A DNA stretch of 63,697 nt, the filler included, from Choristocarpus tenellus KU-1152 (taxonomy: Eukaryota; Protista; Phaeophyceae), in NCBI GenBank assembly GCA_964200185.2. It is 7 parts of 7 records of this genome, joined end to end, with 100 filler letters (N's around TTAATTAATTAA, not from the genome) between each part and the next. Parts side by side here need not be neighbours in the genome. Positions count along the whole stretch, not along the records: positions 61,039 to 63,697 come from CAXNAD020025881.1; 6 more parts are not named here. One strand, given 5' to 3'. The first letter of the stretch is position 1; each line of letters starts with the position of its first letter. The notes under the pieces were generated by a model. It worked only from the letters and a program-made list of their open reading frames with translations. It was not told where the DNA came from and searched no databases. Shown here one piece after another: positions 63,244 through 63,697 of this stretch. The position numbers and the translations under genes are program-made.

Positions 63244-63697
63244 CTGTGAGCATAGGTTGGGAAACATATTTTTTTTGGGGGGGGGGATTGGAGCAGAGCA
63301 GGTGGGGTAGGCTTAGTGGGTTGAGAGGGTAGAACAAATGGGAAAAAAATATATCACCTTGGGAGTGTGTATGTACACTCTTGGCGTAGGAGTATTAATT
63401 ATTCTGATATGAGGTATCTACTCAAATCGCAATTTTTTCAACAAAAGAATCGACCAACTGCTACTGAAAAATAGTGACATCATATTCTTTAGTCAAAAAC
63501 TGTTGCAAAAAAAATAAATATCAGACAAACTACCACATACCACAGAGCAAGCAAAAAAAAAAAATTACTGATGCAAACAACACATGAAAAATATCAGTAG
63601 TGAGGAAGAAACGATAGTTGCTCGGCAAAGGGGGGGGGCGGGGAAGGAGGGGGGGCAGGGGGGAAACATAACATTTTGCAACGAATCAAAAATGCAC

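Overview
This is eukaryotic, intron-rich, repeat-rich genomic DNA. It most resembles a brown alga or a related stramenopile; that is an inference from GT-AG introns, TTAGGG tracts and the Ngaro-, RTE- and copia-type remnants. The window is not contiguous: six identical 100-bp spacers (44 N + TTAATTAATTAA + 44 N) join seven contigs, so adjacency across a spacer carries no meaning. Host genes reconstructed by hand: the 3' part of an alanyl-tRNA synthetase (minus, cut by a gap); an intronless DUF1772/anthrone-oxygenase-like membrane protein; a CaMKK/GRIK-like Ser/Thr kinase; an apparently complete 9-exon monofunctional homoserine dehydrogenase with an ACT domain; and two exons of a BDP1-like (TFIIIB B'') gene. 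Much of the rest is transposon-derived. It includes a nested, back-to-back Ty1/copia cluster with half-tRNAiMet-type primer sites, an Ngaro/DIRS-like element with an open gag ORF, mariner-like, RTE-LINE, Gypsy and PIF1-helicase (Helitron-like) remnants, three MITE families (one carrying telomeric repeats) and several minisatellites. There is no CRISPR array, rRNA or credible tRNA gene. I found no clearly new biological system. The best leads are a B-box-like module that repeatedly precedes one copia LTR family, the telomere-repeat MITE, the bacterial-looking DUF1772 gene and the open Ngaro gag ORF.
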